From Candidatus Lindowbacteria bacterium RIFCSPLOWO2_12_FULL_62_27 (lineage in GTDB: Bacteria > Lindowbacteria > 2-12-FULL-62-27): DNA of 59,683 bases. A program made the translations under genes and the position numbers. Within the stretch, counting starts at the first letter, position 1; every line of letters starts with the position of its first letter. The stretch lies in NCBI GenBank assembly GCA_001784175.1, contig MFPR01000024.1, forward strand, positions 1 to 59,683, given 5' to 3'. Positions 19,077 to 28,769 of the stretch are shown one piece after another. Below the pieces are notes generated by a model. It was not told the DNA's origin. It did no database searches and worked only from the letters and a program-made list of their open reading frames with translations.

Positions 19077-20276
19077 ATGACCTACGATGCGATCATCGTC
19101 GGCGCCGGCGTCATCGGCTGCGCCGTGGCTCGGGCCCTGGCCGAAAAACAGCCCCGCTGGAAAATCCTGGTGCTGGAAAAAGAGCGCGACGTGGCGCGGC
19201 ATACGAGCGGGCGGAATTCCGGCGTGATCCACTCCGGGTTCAACGCGGCGCCCGGAACGCTCAAGGCCCGATTCTGCGTGGAGGGCAACCGGCGGCTCCG
19301 CGAATACTGCAAGAAACGCGGCGTGGCGATGCAGGAGGTCGGCACCGTCGTCGTCGCGTTGAACGACGAGGACGAATCCGTTCTCGCCGAACTCCTCCGG
19401 CGCGGACGGGAGAACGGCGTGCCGGGGATCGAGATTGTCCCGCAGGCGCGGTTGCGCGAGCTGGAACCCCATTCGGCCGGCCGCGCGGCGCTTCATTCGC
19501 CGACCGGGTCCATCGTCGACGGCGCGGGCGTCGCGCGAGCCTACGCGGAGGACGCAACAGCCGCAGGCGTGTCCTTCTCTTTTTTCCATCGCGTGCTCGG
19601 CGTCGAATCGTCCGGCCACGGCCATCGAATCCGGACGGACCGGGACATCTGCGAGTCCGATCATTTCGTCAACTGCGCCGGTCTCTACGCCGACCGGATC
19701 GCGCACACGATGGGCGTGGCGAAGGACCTGACGATCTACCCGTTTCGCGGGGACTATTTCCGGCTCGTCGAATCGAAATCGCATCTGGTGCGGTCGATGA
19801 TTTATCCCGCGCCCAACGTCAAGTATCCGTTCCTCGGAATTCATTTCACCAAAAAGGTCACGGGCGAAGTCCTCGCGGGCCCGAACGCCGTGCTCGCGTT
19901 CGGCCGCGAATCGTACCGGCCGCTCGATATTCACCTCGGAGATACGGTGTCGATGCTGTCCGATGCGAGGTTCTGGCGGATGGTGGCCGGCCCGGAGTTT
20001 CGCGCGCTGGCCGTCGAGCAGCTCAAGACCACGCTCTTCAAGCGCGTCTTCCTCGACCGGGCCCGGTGGCTCCTGCCGCAGCTTGAGCTTGGAGACATCG
20101 CGCGCGCCCAGAGCGGAAACCGCGCGCAACTCGTGAACCGCGCCGGCCACCTGGTCGAGGACCTGGTGATCGAGGAATCCGGGCGGTCGATCCACGTCCT
20201 CAACGCGGTGTCCCCCGGCCTTACCTGCTCGCTGCCGTTTGCGGATTATGTGGTCGAAAAATTGTTGAAGCCGTAA
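19077..20276 (+). CDS. lhgO: L-2-hydroxyglutarate oxidase family FAD oxidoreductase
   Basis: GAGVIG, HTSGRNSGVIHSG, PFLGIHFT, GPNAV and NAVSPGLT motifs. Confidence 0.9.
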   Translation: MTYDAIIVGAGVIGCAVARALAEKQPRWKILVLEKERDVARHTSGRNSGVIHSGFNAAPGTLKARFCVEGNRRLREYCKKRGVAMQEVGTVVVALNDEDESVLAELLRRGRENGVPGIEIVPQARLRELEPHSAGRAALHSPTGSIVDGAGVARAYAEDATAAGVSFSFFHRVLGVESSGHGHRIRTDRDICESDHFVNCAGLYADRIAHTMGVAKDLTIYPFRGDYFRLVESKSHLVRSMIYPAPNVKYPFLGIHFTKKVTGEVLAGPNAVLAFGRESYRPLDIHLGDTVSMLSDARFWRMVAGPEFRALAVEQLKTTLFKRVFLDRARWLLPQLELGDIARAQSGNRAQLVNRAGHLVEDLVIEESGRSIHVLNAVSPGLTCSLPFADYVVEKLLKP

Positions 20277-20554
20277 GCGGACCCCCCGGCGATGGACGCG
20301 ACGATTTCAACGCGGTCGTTTCCGGACAGCGCGGAGTCGAGGCCGTCGAGGTATCGGGCGTCCTCGTCGTTGATGGCGATGATGAAATGATGGTGGATGG
20401 CGCCGTCCGCGCCCAGAAGCATAACTTTAGCGCCGGGGAACTTCCGGTCCAACGCGTCGATCATCTCCCGCACCGACCGGGCCTTCACTGAAACCTCGGC
20501 CTTCTGGCCGGTGAGTTTCTGCATCATGGTCGGGATTTTTACCTTAACGGGCAA
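20246..20554 (-). CDS. MoaD/CysO-like ubiquitin-fold protein with an 11-aa tail after GG
   Basis: GGAGG plus TTG start; VKIPT...INDED.RYL.GL...IAGG then SAYGFNNFSTT-stop. Confidence 0.85.
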   Translation of the reverse strand: MPVKVKIPTMMQKLTGQKAEVSVKARSVREMIDALDRKFPGAKVMLLGADGAIHHHFIIAINDEDARYLDGLDSALSGNDRVEIVASIAGGSAYGFNNFSTT

Positions 20555-22799
20555 ATCGGATTCCTCCGTAATACCACGCCGCAACACGCCGGCCCGCGGA
20601 CTGATCCAACATCCAGTCCCGCGCGGCGCGCAGCCGGGACAGAATCCGCCGGCCCCCCGGCGCCGGGTCGAGCATCTCGGAGATGACGCAACTGCGCGGG
20701 AACCCGACGGCCGCAGACGGGCTGGATCCGAAGACGGCGTAGTAGCTGAAATGCGAAACCTTGACCTTGACGTGATTCGAATCGGGGTTGCGGGCGGCGA
20801 TCGTGTCGTGTTTTTTCCATTCCGTGTCCGCGTTGCCCATGGAGTACACGACCAGGCTCGTCTCCTCAACGTCCGTGCCGTCGATCCGGCCGTCGTTGTC
20901 GGTGTCGTTGTAATTGAACGTCAGCGTGACCGAATCCCGGAACGAGCTCGGGCCGCTCTCGAACTCCAGGCTCTGATACAGGATGCCCCGGGCGTTCTCG
21001 ACGCCCTCCGGCACTTTGTCCTTTGGGTTGGTTTCGAATTTTTTGGTCTGCAGGACGGCGTCGGTGTCGAGCGCCGTGGGCGGAATCTCGATCGTCAGTT
21101 CCGACGCGACGTCCACCGTCACCTTGCGGCCCTTTTCGATCTTCTCCTTCTTCTCGTGTTCCGTGCCCGCGTTTTCCTCGATGTCGGCGCCGCTGCGTTT
21201 GATGCGGACGCGCACCGGAATCGAATAGGTCGTGTCGCAGTCGGCGGACATGGCGGCCGCGCGGACCCACACCGTGTCTCCGTCCGACCAGCCCGACACC
21301 GTGGTGTTCCATTTCAACAGATACGGACGGCCCGGCACATCCGGGCCGAGCACGGACCACGCCGTCGCGGGTTCCGTGCGGTACTGAAACTGCATCGTGA
21401 CGCCCTCGCCGGAACCCTTGAGGTGCGCGATGACGCTGACGGCGTTGCCGGAAACCGATTTGCCGGTCTGCGGCGTCGTGATCCACGGCACGGGACACGC
21501 ATTCGCGACCGGCGCGATTTTGTACTTGAGGAGCCGGGAATGGTAGCAGTCGGAGATGTAGAGATTGCCGTCCGGGTCGAAATCGATCCGCTGCGCGCCC
21601 CAGAGGCTCGATGCGGAGGTCGCGAACGTGTCGGCCGCCGCAAAATCGGCCTGGCCGAACACCACGTCCGCCACCGTGTCTTCGGCCAGCGGGCGCTTGT
21701 AAAACAGAACCCGGTTGTTGCCCCAGTCGGCCATGTAAAGGTTGGCATAGGCGTCGACGCCCAGCGAACAGGGCTCGCGGATGCTGCTGGCGCTTCGGCC
21801 ACCCATGTTCGCCGAGTCGGACGAGAAATGCGGCTGGCCGATCACGGCGTCGGCCGCGCCGTCCTCCTCCAGCGGAGAATTGAAAATCAGGCCGCGGCTG
21901 TTGTTGATGTCCGTCACGTACAGATTGCCCGACGGGTCCAGCCGGACGCGATAAGGCTGATTGAAGGACGATGCGGAAACGCCGCCGAGGTTCGCGGTGC
22001 TCGATCCGAAACTGTCCCCCTGGCCCAGAACTTTGTCCGCCACGACGTCGGTGTTGAGCGGATCATAGTAAATGAGAACGCGGTGGTTGCCGCCGTCCGC
22101 GACGTACACGTTGCCCGCGTCGTCCACGGCGACGCTCAAGGGGCCGCTCAGGCTCGAGGCGCTCGCGCCCCCGAGGTTCGCCGTGCGCGTGCCGAAGGTC
22201 CCGGCCTGGCCGAACACCGAGTCGGCGGCGAAATCGGTGCCGATCGGATCCCTGTACGCCAGCACGCGATGGTTGCCGTAATCGGCCACGTACAGATTCC
22301 CCTGCGCGTCGACACAGGCATCCGCCGGCGACCGGAGGCTCTCGGCGTGAGGCAAAGGATTCATGCGGTTGGCCCCGCCGACATCAAAATTCGCCTGGCC
22401 GATGACCGCCCAGGCGGGCTGGCCGTTGGTCAGGCCCTGCGCGCTGTCGAAAACCAGAACGCGGTGGTACTCCTGGTCGACGACGAACAGATAGTGCGTG
22501 TCGCCACGCACATGATACGCGGCGCCCATCGGGTAGCCGATGCAGGTCCGGCAGGGCCCGGTGTCCGTGTTCGTCACGAAATCCGGCTGGCCCAACACCC
22601 AGTCCGCCACGGCGTCCGACGGCTGGCCGAAAAAGCTCGGCGCCGGAAGCGTGGGCGCGCGCAGGACAGGCGCGGCCCGGCCGGCCGACTGCGCAGGCGC
22701 AGACGCCGGCGCCAGCGGCGCGGCGCGCTCCGTCCCGGCGGCCCACGAGACGCCGGGCGTCAAAAGCATACTCACCATAAGGACAACACCCCAAATCAT
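20544..22799 (-). CDS. Secreted NHL-repeat beta-propeller protein with a ZU5-like domain and a CFI-box-like C-terminal sorting signal
   Basis: Signal peptide; repeated GNLYVADxxNHRVL and AD.V.GQ; DTDNDGRIDG; VSHFSYY; C-terminal SCVI...LRAARD..L....GR..AAWYY. Confidence 0.85.
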   Translation of the reverse strand: MIWGVVLMVSMLLTPGVSWAAGTERAAPLAPASAPAQSAGRAAPVLRAPTLPAPSFFGQPSDAVADWVLGQPDFVTNTDTGPCRTCIGYPMGAAYHVRGDTHYLFVVDQEYHRVLVFDSAQGLTNGQPAWAVIGQANFDVGGANRMNPLPHAESLRSPADACVDAQGNLYVADYGNHRVLAYRDPIGTDFAADSVFGQAGTFGTRTANLGGASASSLSGPLSVAVDDAGNVYVADGGNHRVLIYYDPLNTDVVADKVLGQGDSFGSSTANLGGVSASSFNQPYRVRLDPSGNLYVTDINNSRGLIFNSPLEEDGAADAVIGQPHFSSDSANMGGRSASSIREPCSLGVDAYANLYMADWGNNRVLFYKRPLAEDTVADVVFGQADFAAADTFATSASSLWGAQRIDFDPDGNLYISDCYHSRLLKYKIAPVANACPVPWITTPQTGKSVSGNAVSVIAHLKGSGEGVTMQFQYRTEPATAWSVLGPDVPGRPYLLKWNTTVSGWSDGDTVWVRAAAMSADCDTTYSIPVRVRIKRSGADIEENAGTEHEKKEKIEKGRKVTVDVASELTIEIPPTALDTDAVLQTKKFETNPKDKVPEGVENARGILYQSLEFESGPSSFRDSVTLTFNYNDTDNDGRIDGTDVEETSLVVYSMGNADTEWKKHDTIAARNPDSNHVKVKVSHFSYYAVFGSSPSAAVGFPRSCVISEMLDPAPGGRRILSRLRAARDWMLDQSAGRRVAAWYYGGIRFAR

Positions 22800-22842
22800 G
22801 GCAGTTGGATTGATTGTATTCCCCAAAAACGTCCCCGTCAAA

Positions 22843-23811
22843 TCAGCCCGCGAGCCGCGCGATGAGGGACCCCGCGTACAGGACGGGGTTGGACCGGAGC
22901 GAAAACAAAAGGCCGGGGGCAGGGGCGGAAACTTCCGCAATGCGGCCGCCGCCGACCGGATCCACGATGTGTCCGATGAGCGCGCCCCTCTCCAGCCGGC
23001 AGCCGAGCGCAGCGGCCGCGACAAACAAGCCGGCGGCCGGGGAAAGAACCGACAGGACGTCCTTCGGCCAGATGATCCGGCCGGGCAGAGGCCACGGCGA
23101 TTCCGCCGCCGGCGCGGCCGGGCCAGTCCCGGCCCGCTTTTCGAGAACGCCGCTCGCGACAAAATAATTCAGGATGCCCTCGTACACCCGCTCGCAAAAC
23201 AGCGGATCGATCCGGTCCGTTCCTCCAAATTTGAGGACAAAGGTCGGCACGCCCCGCAGATTGAGATTGTGCGCGAGGCTGCCCGTCAAAAGCGGCGTCG
23301 AATGCCGACGCCACACGATCGGCAGATTGAAACTCAGCGCCGACTCGTCCGGCATTGCGATCGACTCGTACAGCCGGATGTGCGGCAGTTCCTCGAAAAA
23401 ACGCGAGCCGCAGCAAAGATCGATGCAGCTTCGGCAGTCCCGCAGCGACGCCAGTACCGCCGCGGCGATCCGCTCCGTCGTCTCGCCCATCGACACGCCC
23501 GGGAACGACAGATTAATGTCGCGCTGGTCGAATGGCCAGTATCGCCGGTGCGCCATGGTGCCGAGCGGATTCAGGGCTGGAAAAATTTTCACACGGCCCT
23601 TCAGGCGCCACCCGGCCGCGCGGCCCTCGGTCACTTCCGATAAAAACCCGATCAGCTTGTGGCACACGTAGAGGCCGTTGTACTCGTCGCCGTAAAATCC
23701 GCTCGTGATCGCGACCTCCGGATCGCCGGCGCCGAACGTGAAGGCGTAGAAGGCGAGATTCTCGTTGAAGGGCAGTTCGATCGAGAGGATCGTTTCGGGC
23801 CGCGCGCTCAT
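22843..23811 (-). CDS. M14 (succinylglutamate desuccinylase/aspartoacylase) family protein, catalytically degenerate
   Basis: Paralog of the upstream gene with GFYGDE, NLSFPG, DLCC and VLKFG replacing the Zn-binding and catalytic residues. Confidence 0.8.
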   Translation of the reverse strand: MSARPETILSIELPFNENLAFYAFTFGAGDPEVAITSGFYGDEYNGLYVCHKLIGFLSEVTEGRAAGWRLKGRVKIFPALNPLGTMAHRRYWPFDQRDINLSFPGVSMGETTERIAAAVLASLRDCRSCIDLCCGSRFFEELPHIRLYESIAMPDESALSFNLPIVWRRHSTPLLTGSLAHNLNLRGVPTFVLKFGGTDRIDPLFCERVYEGILNYFVASGVLEKRAGTGPAAPAAESPWPLPGRIIWPKDVLSVLSPAAGLFVAAAALGCRLERGALIGHIVDPVGGGRIAEVSAPAPGLLFSLRSNPVLYAGSLIARLAG

Positions 23812-24773
23812 GCAATTTCAATGACCCGCGCCATCAGGCTGCCCGGATAGACGATCGGGTGCGCGCGGATCGTGAACAGATACCCGTTCCAGCGCGACGC
23901 GACGTCCTCCTTGACCTCGCCCGACAGCGCGTCCAGAATGCGGCCGATCCGCTGGCCCTGTTCGACCTTGAAACCGACGCTGATGTCCGGGACGAAAAAT
24001 CCGCCGGATTCGGAATTCAGGTACCGCACGTTTTGATCGGTCGCGTAAATCGGCCGGCTCGGCGGTGCGGGCGGCAGCGCGCCCGAGAGGATGCCAAGCT
24101 TCTGAAGCAACGACAACACGCCTTGGAAAACGATTTCCACGAACTCCTTCTGGATCCTCAGTCCCACGCCCATCTCGACCACCAGCGTCGGCACGCCGGC
24201 GGCGTTGAGGTTGCAGGACAGCGTGGTTTCGATGACCGTGGGCGCGTCATGGACCCAGACGACATCGACGTTCGTGTGGTCGGCGTACGTTTCGGCGACG
24301 GCCCGGTACCGGTTCAGAACGCGGATCTGCGGACACTCACGCAGGAAAAGGTTGCTGGAATGGACGTCGACGACCAGGTCGAAGCCCTTGAGATGCTCAA
24401 ACAGCGCGCCCGCCCACACGTGCGACGCACCCTCGCCCTGCGGCGGCGGGTCGGCCGCCGTGCCGTTCGTGCCCGGAAAACAGCGGTTCACATCGATCTG
24501 TCCGAACGGCCAGAACCGCTCGGTGGCGGCGGTCGCCAGCGGGTTGGCGACGGGAATGAGCGACACCTGGCCGCGGATGGATTTTCCGGCCGACTCCCAC
24601 TCGCGCAAAAACCGGGCGAGGTGATACGAAAGGTACAGCCCGTCCAGCTCGTCCCCGTGAATCCCCGACACGAGCGCAAACCGCTTGCCAGCGCCGTCGC
24701 CGAAGGACGATTCGAACAGCCCGATTTTCTCCTGCAGGGGAGTTTTCATACGGTAGAACTCCCGAATATTCAC
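23808..24773 (-). CDS. M14 (succinylglutamate desuccinylase/aspartoacylase) family metallopeptidase
   Basis: GIHGDE, NRCFPG, DVHSS and VVEMG motifs intact. Confidence 0.9.
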   Translation of the reverse strand: MNIREFYRMKTPLQEKIGLFESSFGDGAGKRFALVSGIHGDELDGLYLSYHLARFLREWESAGKSIRGQVSLIPVANPLATAATERFWPFGQIDVNRCFPGTNGTAADPPPQGEGASHVWAGALFEHLKGFDLVVDVHSSNLFLRECPQIRVLNRYRAVAETYADHTNVDVVWVHDAPTVIETTLSCNLNAAGVPTLVVEMGVGLRIQKEFVEIVFQGVLSLLQKLGILSGALPPAPPSRPIYATDQNVRYLNSESGGFFVPDISVGFKVEQGQRIGRILDALSGEVKEDVASRWNGYLFTIRAHPIVYPGSLMARVIEIA

Positions 24774-26164
24774 CGAAGCACCCAGGTGTCCTTGATGAGG
24801 CCTCCGGAGGAGCTGTTGACGACGCGCGTGCCCAGCGGCGCGACCCGGCTGATGCCGCCGGGCATGACCTGGACCTTTTCGCCCATGAGGACGTACGTCC
24901 GAAGATCCACGTAGGTGTCATCGAGGACGATGTCGTCCTGCGTGAACCGCGTGAGGCAGTGGGTCGAAAAATCGAGGCAGTCCTGTGCGATGAAGTTCAG
25001 CGGGTTCGCCAGCATCTCCCGCCGCCACTCCTCCTGCTGGTCCTTCGTGGCCTCCGGGCAGATCCAAATGCCATGGCCGCCGTAGCCCTCCCGGCACTTG
25101 ATGACCATCCGCGGGAAATTCGAGAGGATATATTTCAGGTCCTCCTCGACGAGCGGCGAGTAGGTCGGGGCGTTGGGCAGGATGGGATCCTGGTCGAGAT
25201 ACCGGCGGATCATCTTCGGCACGAACGGGAACGTGCCCTTGTCGTCGAGGACCCCGGTGCCCCAGGCATTCGCGAGATTGACTTTGCCCGCGATGTAGCT
25301 TTTCGACAGGTTCGGCACAAAATCGTCGATGTCCTGGATCCGCCGGTAAATGACGTCGACCCGCAGGTTGCCCCGGTTCGTCCGCATCTGCACGAATCCC
25401 TCGTCATCGACAAACAAGTCCTTCGGCACGCACAAGGACACGCCGGTTTCCTCGGCGAGGTACTTGTGATCGTAGTAGGCCGCGTTGTAGGAGCCCTCGG
25501 TCAGCAGGACCGCGACGGGCTCGCGGCCGCCGTTCGAGGGCGGCGCGATGTATTCGAGGTTCTTCCTCAGAAAATGCGGATAGAGGTGGACGGGATAAAT
25601 GTCGTAGGAGGAAAGAAAATCCGGAAAGAGGCGCTTGGCGATCTCCCGGTACTTGAGCGCGTACGACACGCCGGACGGGATGCGGATGTTGTCCTCCAGA
25701 ATGTACCAGGTGTCGCCGTCCATCCGGACGAGGTCGGGGCCGTAAATGTGGAGGTAGATCTTCCTCGGCGGCGTGAATCCCATGCAGGCCGGATAATAAT
25801 AGAGGCTAGACCGGATGACGTCCTCCGGGACCACATCTTGCCGGCCGGTGTAGAGATCGTTGAGAAAGAGGTTGATGGCGGTCGCGCGCTGGATCAGCCC
25901 CTCGCGGATGCGGTCGAACTGCGCGCTTTCGATGATCCTCGGAATCCAGTCGACCTTGAGGATCCGCTCCTCGCCGGGTCTCAGCAGGAACGTCACGCCC
26001 TCCTCGATGTTGATCTGGTCCGCGCGGCTGAAGCGGTCACGGAATTCCCTGAGGTCGGCCTTCTTCAGGTAGTCCATGATCGGCCGGTACAGCGGCCGGA
26101 CCTCGCCGGCCGGATCGAAGATTTCGCTGTAGGCCGAAAGGCCCCGGGCGACGGTCACCGGCAT
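24770..26164 (-). CDS. Circularly permuted type 2 ATP-grasp protein
   Basis: DWIPRII, GPDLVR, LEDNIRIPSGVSY, VDVIYRRI, DDKG, VDLR and VVNSSSGG.IKDTWV motifs. Confidence 0.92.
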   Translation of the reverse strand: MPVTVARGLSAYSEIFDPAGEVRPLYRPIMDYLKKADLREFRDRFSRADQINIEEGVTFLLRPGEERILKVDWIPRIIESAQFDRIREGLIQRATAINLFLNDLYTGRQDVVPEDVIRSSLYYYPACMGFTPPRKIYLHIYGPDLVRMDGDTWYILEDNIRIPSGVSYALKYREIAKRLFPDFLSSYDIYPVHLYPHFLRKNLEYIAPPSNGGREPVAVLLTEGSYNAAYYDHKYLAEETGVSLCVPKDLFVDDEGFVQMRTNRGNLRVDVIYRRIQDIDDFVPNLSKSYIAGKVNLANAWGTGVLDDKGTFPFVPKMIRRYLDQDPILPNAPTYSPLVEEDLKYILSNFPRMVIKCREGYGGHGIWICPEATKDQQEEWRREMLANPLNFIAQDCLDFSTHCLTRFTQDDIVLDDTYVDLRTYVLMGEKVQVMPGGISRVAPLGTRVVNSSSGGLIKDTWVLR

Positions 26165-26171
26165 GTGCGGT

Positions 26172-27938
26172 TCAGCGTTTGTGAAAAGCGAATTCGGATT
26201 CGGAGATGAGCTTGTCCGAGGGCTGCGCGAAATAAAAGCCCTGGCAGAGGTCGCATTTGAACTCGCGGACCACGTCCAGTTCCTCCTGCGTCTCCACGCC
26301 CTCGGCCACGCTGACGGCGCCGATGTCCTGCGTGAACTGGCTCAGGGTTTTCAGGAGCGCCTGTTTCGTCGGCGACAGCTCAATTCCGCGCACGAGGGTC
26401 ATGTCGAATTTGATGTAGTCGGGGTCGAGGGAGGCGATGAGGCCGAGAGAGGTGTATCCGCTGCCGAGATCGTCGATGGCGATTTTGAATCCCGTCTTCT
26501 TCAAAAAGTCGATCGCCTCCCGCAGTTTCTTCGGGTCCCGGATCGCCGACCGCTCCGTCACCTCGATCACGACGCGCTTCGGGTCCGTGCGGAAGATCGG
26601 TTCATCCGGAGAGGCCAGGAGCAACTGGTCGTCCTGGAAGTCCTCCGGATGGAAATTCACGAACAGGAGCTTGCCGTCCGGCAGTTCCGGGAACCGGCCC
26701 ACGGCCTTGTCCCGGCAGAGCCGCGACAGCGCCAGGACCTGGTTCGATTCCTCCGCGACGTCGAACATGAGCTGCGGTTTTTCCAGCTCCGGATACAGGC
26801 CCCGGCCCAGGGCCTCGTAGGCCGCGATCTTGAAGTCGACCGACCGGACGATCGGCTGGCAGACGATGCGGAGGGACTGGGTGCGGATCATTTCGCGGAG
26901 GAGATTGTGGAGGCGCTGCCGGCCCTTGGACTGGAAATTGTACGCGCTGTTGGCGGCCTCTCGGACGGCGTTTAGAATCTGGCGCTGGTAGGACAGCCGG
27001 TAGGTGGTCGACACCCAGGACACGCCGGTGCTGAGGTTCAGGATCGGCACGACCTCCTTTTTCAGAAACTGCGCGTCCATGCAGAACCGCACGTGCTTGA
27101 GCAGGTCGGCGCCGAAATCGTCGACGTTGGACGAATTGAGTTTGAGCCGGGTCAGCGCGGCGTCCGGCAGAAAAATCACGAAATCGTCCGAAAGGTTCCG
27201 GCAGATGCGGATGGCGTCCAGGTCGATCGACAGTTCCCGCAGGTACTCGACGGTCTTGTTGAAGATGAACGCGTGCGTTTCGACGACGATGTCCGAGCCG
27301 AACAGAAGGTCGACGCGGTCCATGTTGTCGACCGCCAGATACAGGATCACGAACTGCCGGTTCTCCCGAATGAACGCCACCAGCGACTCGTCGATGTCCG
27401 AAATCACCGAGAGGGGGTTGGAGGGCGTGATCCGGAAGGCGTGGGCCAGGGCGTCCTCGGCCACCGATCCGGCCAGGCGCTTTTGAAGGCTGTTGCGCTC
27501 CTCCTCCAGAATCTTGACGCGCTCGATGAGATTGGTCGTGCTCTTGACGCGGCGAACGAACTTTTCCACCTGCGCCAGGATTTCCTCCGGGATGAAGGGT
27601 TTCGTCAGAAACTCCTCGCCGCCCGCGCGCAGGCCCCGCAGGCGGATCTCGCTGGTGGCGTGGCTGGTCACGAAAAGAATCGAGATGTGGGAAGTCTCCG
27701 CGGATTCCTTCAGTTTCCGGCAGGCGCCAATCCCGTCGAGTTTCGGCATTTCAATGTCGAGCAGTATGAGGTCGGGCTTCCGGGCGCGCGCCACCTCCAC
27801 CGCCTGATGACCGTCTTCGGCGGTGTAGACCTCGTACCCTTCGGCCTCGAGCAGACGCTCAAGGCTCTGGAGGAAAAATTTGCTGTCGTCGGCGACGAGA
27901 ATCCGCCCCTTGACGCTCTCGGTCAACTCCGATGCCAC
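26172..27938 (-). CDS. Response regulator: REC, degenerate GGDEF and EAL phosphodiesterase domains
   Basis: ILVADD, LLDIEMP and FLTKPF; SDDF in place of GGDEF; YEAL, IDDLGSGY, IKFD, AEGVET and QGFYF. Confidence 0.9.
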   Translation of the reverse strand: MASELTESVKGRILVADDSKFFLQSLERLLEAEGYEVYTAEDGHQAVEVARARKPDLILLDIEMPKLDGIGACRKLKESAETSHISILFVTSHATSEIRLRGLRAGGEEFLTKPFIPEEILAQVEKFVRRVKSTTNLIERVKILEEERNSLQKRLAGSVAEDALAHAFRITPSNPLSVISDIDESLVAFIRENRQFVILYLAVDNMDRVDLLFGSDIVVETHAFIFNKTVEYLRELSIDLDAIRICRNLSDDFVIFLPDAALTRLKLNSSNVDDFGADLLKHVRFCMDAQFLKKEVVPILNLSTGVSWVSTTYRLSYQRQILNAVREAANSAYNFQSKGRQRLHNLLREMIRTQSLRIVCQPIVRSVDFKIAAYEALGRGLYPELEKPQLMFDVAEESNQVLALSRLCRDKAVGRFPELPDGKLLFVNFHPEDFQDDQLLLASPDEPIFRTDPKRVVIEVTERSAIRDPKKLREAIDFLKKTGFKIAIDDLGSGYTSLGLIASLDPDYIKFDMTLVRGIELSPTKQALLKTLSQFTQDIGAVSVAEGVETQEELDVVREFKCDLCQGFYFAQPSDKLISESEFAFHKR

Positions 27939-27983
27939 CCCTCGTACTTTTTGAGCTATCGGATCATCGCCGGAAAGCCTATC

Positions 27984-28769
27984 TTACGCGCGCGCCGTTG
28001 TCGATGAGCCGAACCGCCGCGCGGCGAGGGCGGCGCCGATGATGCCGGCCTTGTTTCGGAATTTCGCCGGCACGAGCCTGGCCCGGACGGCCAGATACGG
28101 GAAAAACTTTTCGTGTTTCCGGCTGACGCCGCCGCCGAGGACGATCAGGCCGGGCCAGAACAGGCGTTCCATGGTGGTCAGATACTCGTTGAGCAGGGCC
28201 GCCCATTTTTTCCAGGAAAGATTGTTCCGCTGACGCACCGCGTCGGACGCGCGGTGTTCCGCCTCCTTCCCTCTGATTTCGATGTGGCCCAATTCCGTGT
28301 TCGGAAGAAGCATTCCGTCCGAGAACAGCGCCGTTCCGAGGCCCGTGCCGACGGTGACGAGGAGAACCACACCCTTGCGGCCTCTCCCCGCGCCGAAGGT
28401 CATCTCGGCGATGCCGGCGGCGTCGGCGTCGTTGAGGACGAACGCCGGGCAGCGCGTCGACTTCTTCAACATCGCCGCCACATTCTTGCCTATCCAGCTT
28501 TTGTGAATGTTGGCGGCCGTGAGGGCCACGCCGCCGCGGATCGCCGCCGGAAACCCGCAGCCGATGGCGCCCCGCCATTTGAAATGCTTTGCAATCCGCG
28601 CAACCGCCCGCGCAATGTCAGCGGGTCTCGCCTGATCGCGGAGCGGGAGCCGGAGCCGCTCCGCCAGATACTTGCCCCTCCGAACATCCACCGGCGCGCC
28701 CTTGACGGCCGACCCGCCCACGTCAATTCCCAGAATGGCGGGCGCGGAATACTTTGAATTGCGCTTCAT
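27984..28769 (-). CDS. ppgK: Polyphosphate glucokinase (ROK family)
   Basis: [29 protein letters not shown] and AGIIGAA motifs. Confidence 0.9.
   Translation of the reverse strand: MKRNSKYSAPAILGIDVGGSAVKGAPVDVRRGKYLAERLRLPLRDQARPADIARAVARIAKHFKWRGAIGCGFPAAIRGGVALTAANIHKSWIGKNVAAMLKKSTRCPAFVLNDADAAGIAEMTFGAGRGRKGVVLLVTVGTGLGTALFSDGMLLPNTELGHIEIRGKEAEHRASDAVRQRNNLSWKKWAALLNEYLTTMERLFWPGLIVLGGGVSRKHEKFFPYLAVRARLVPAKFRNKAGIIGAALAARRFGSSTTARA

Noticed and set aside
20397-22865. 822-aa plus-strand ORF
   Set aside because: Antisense shadow of the NHL-repeat gene
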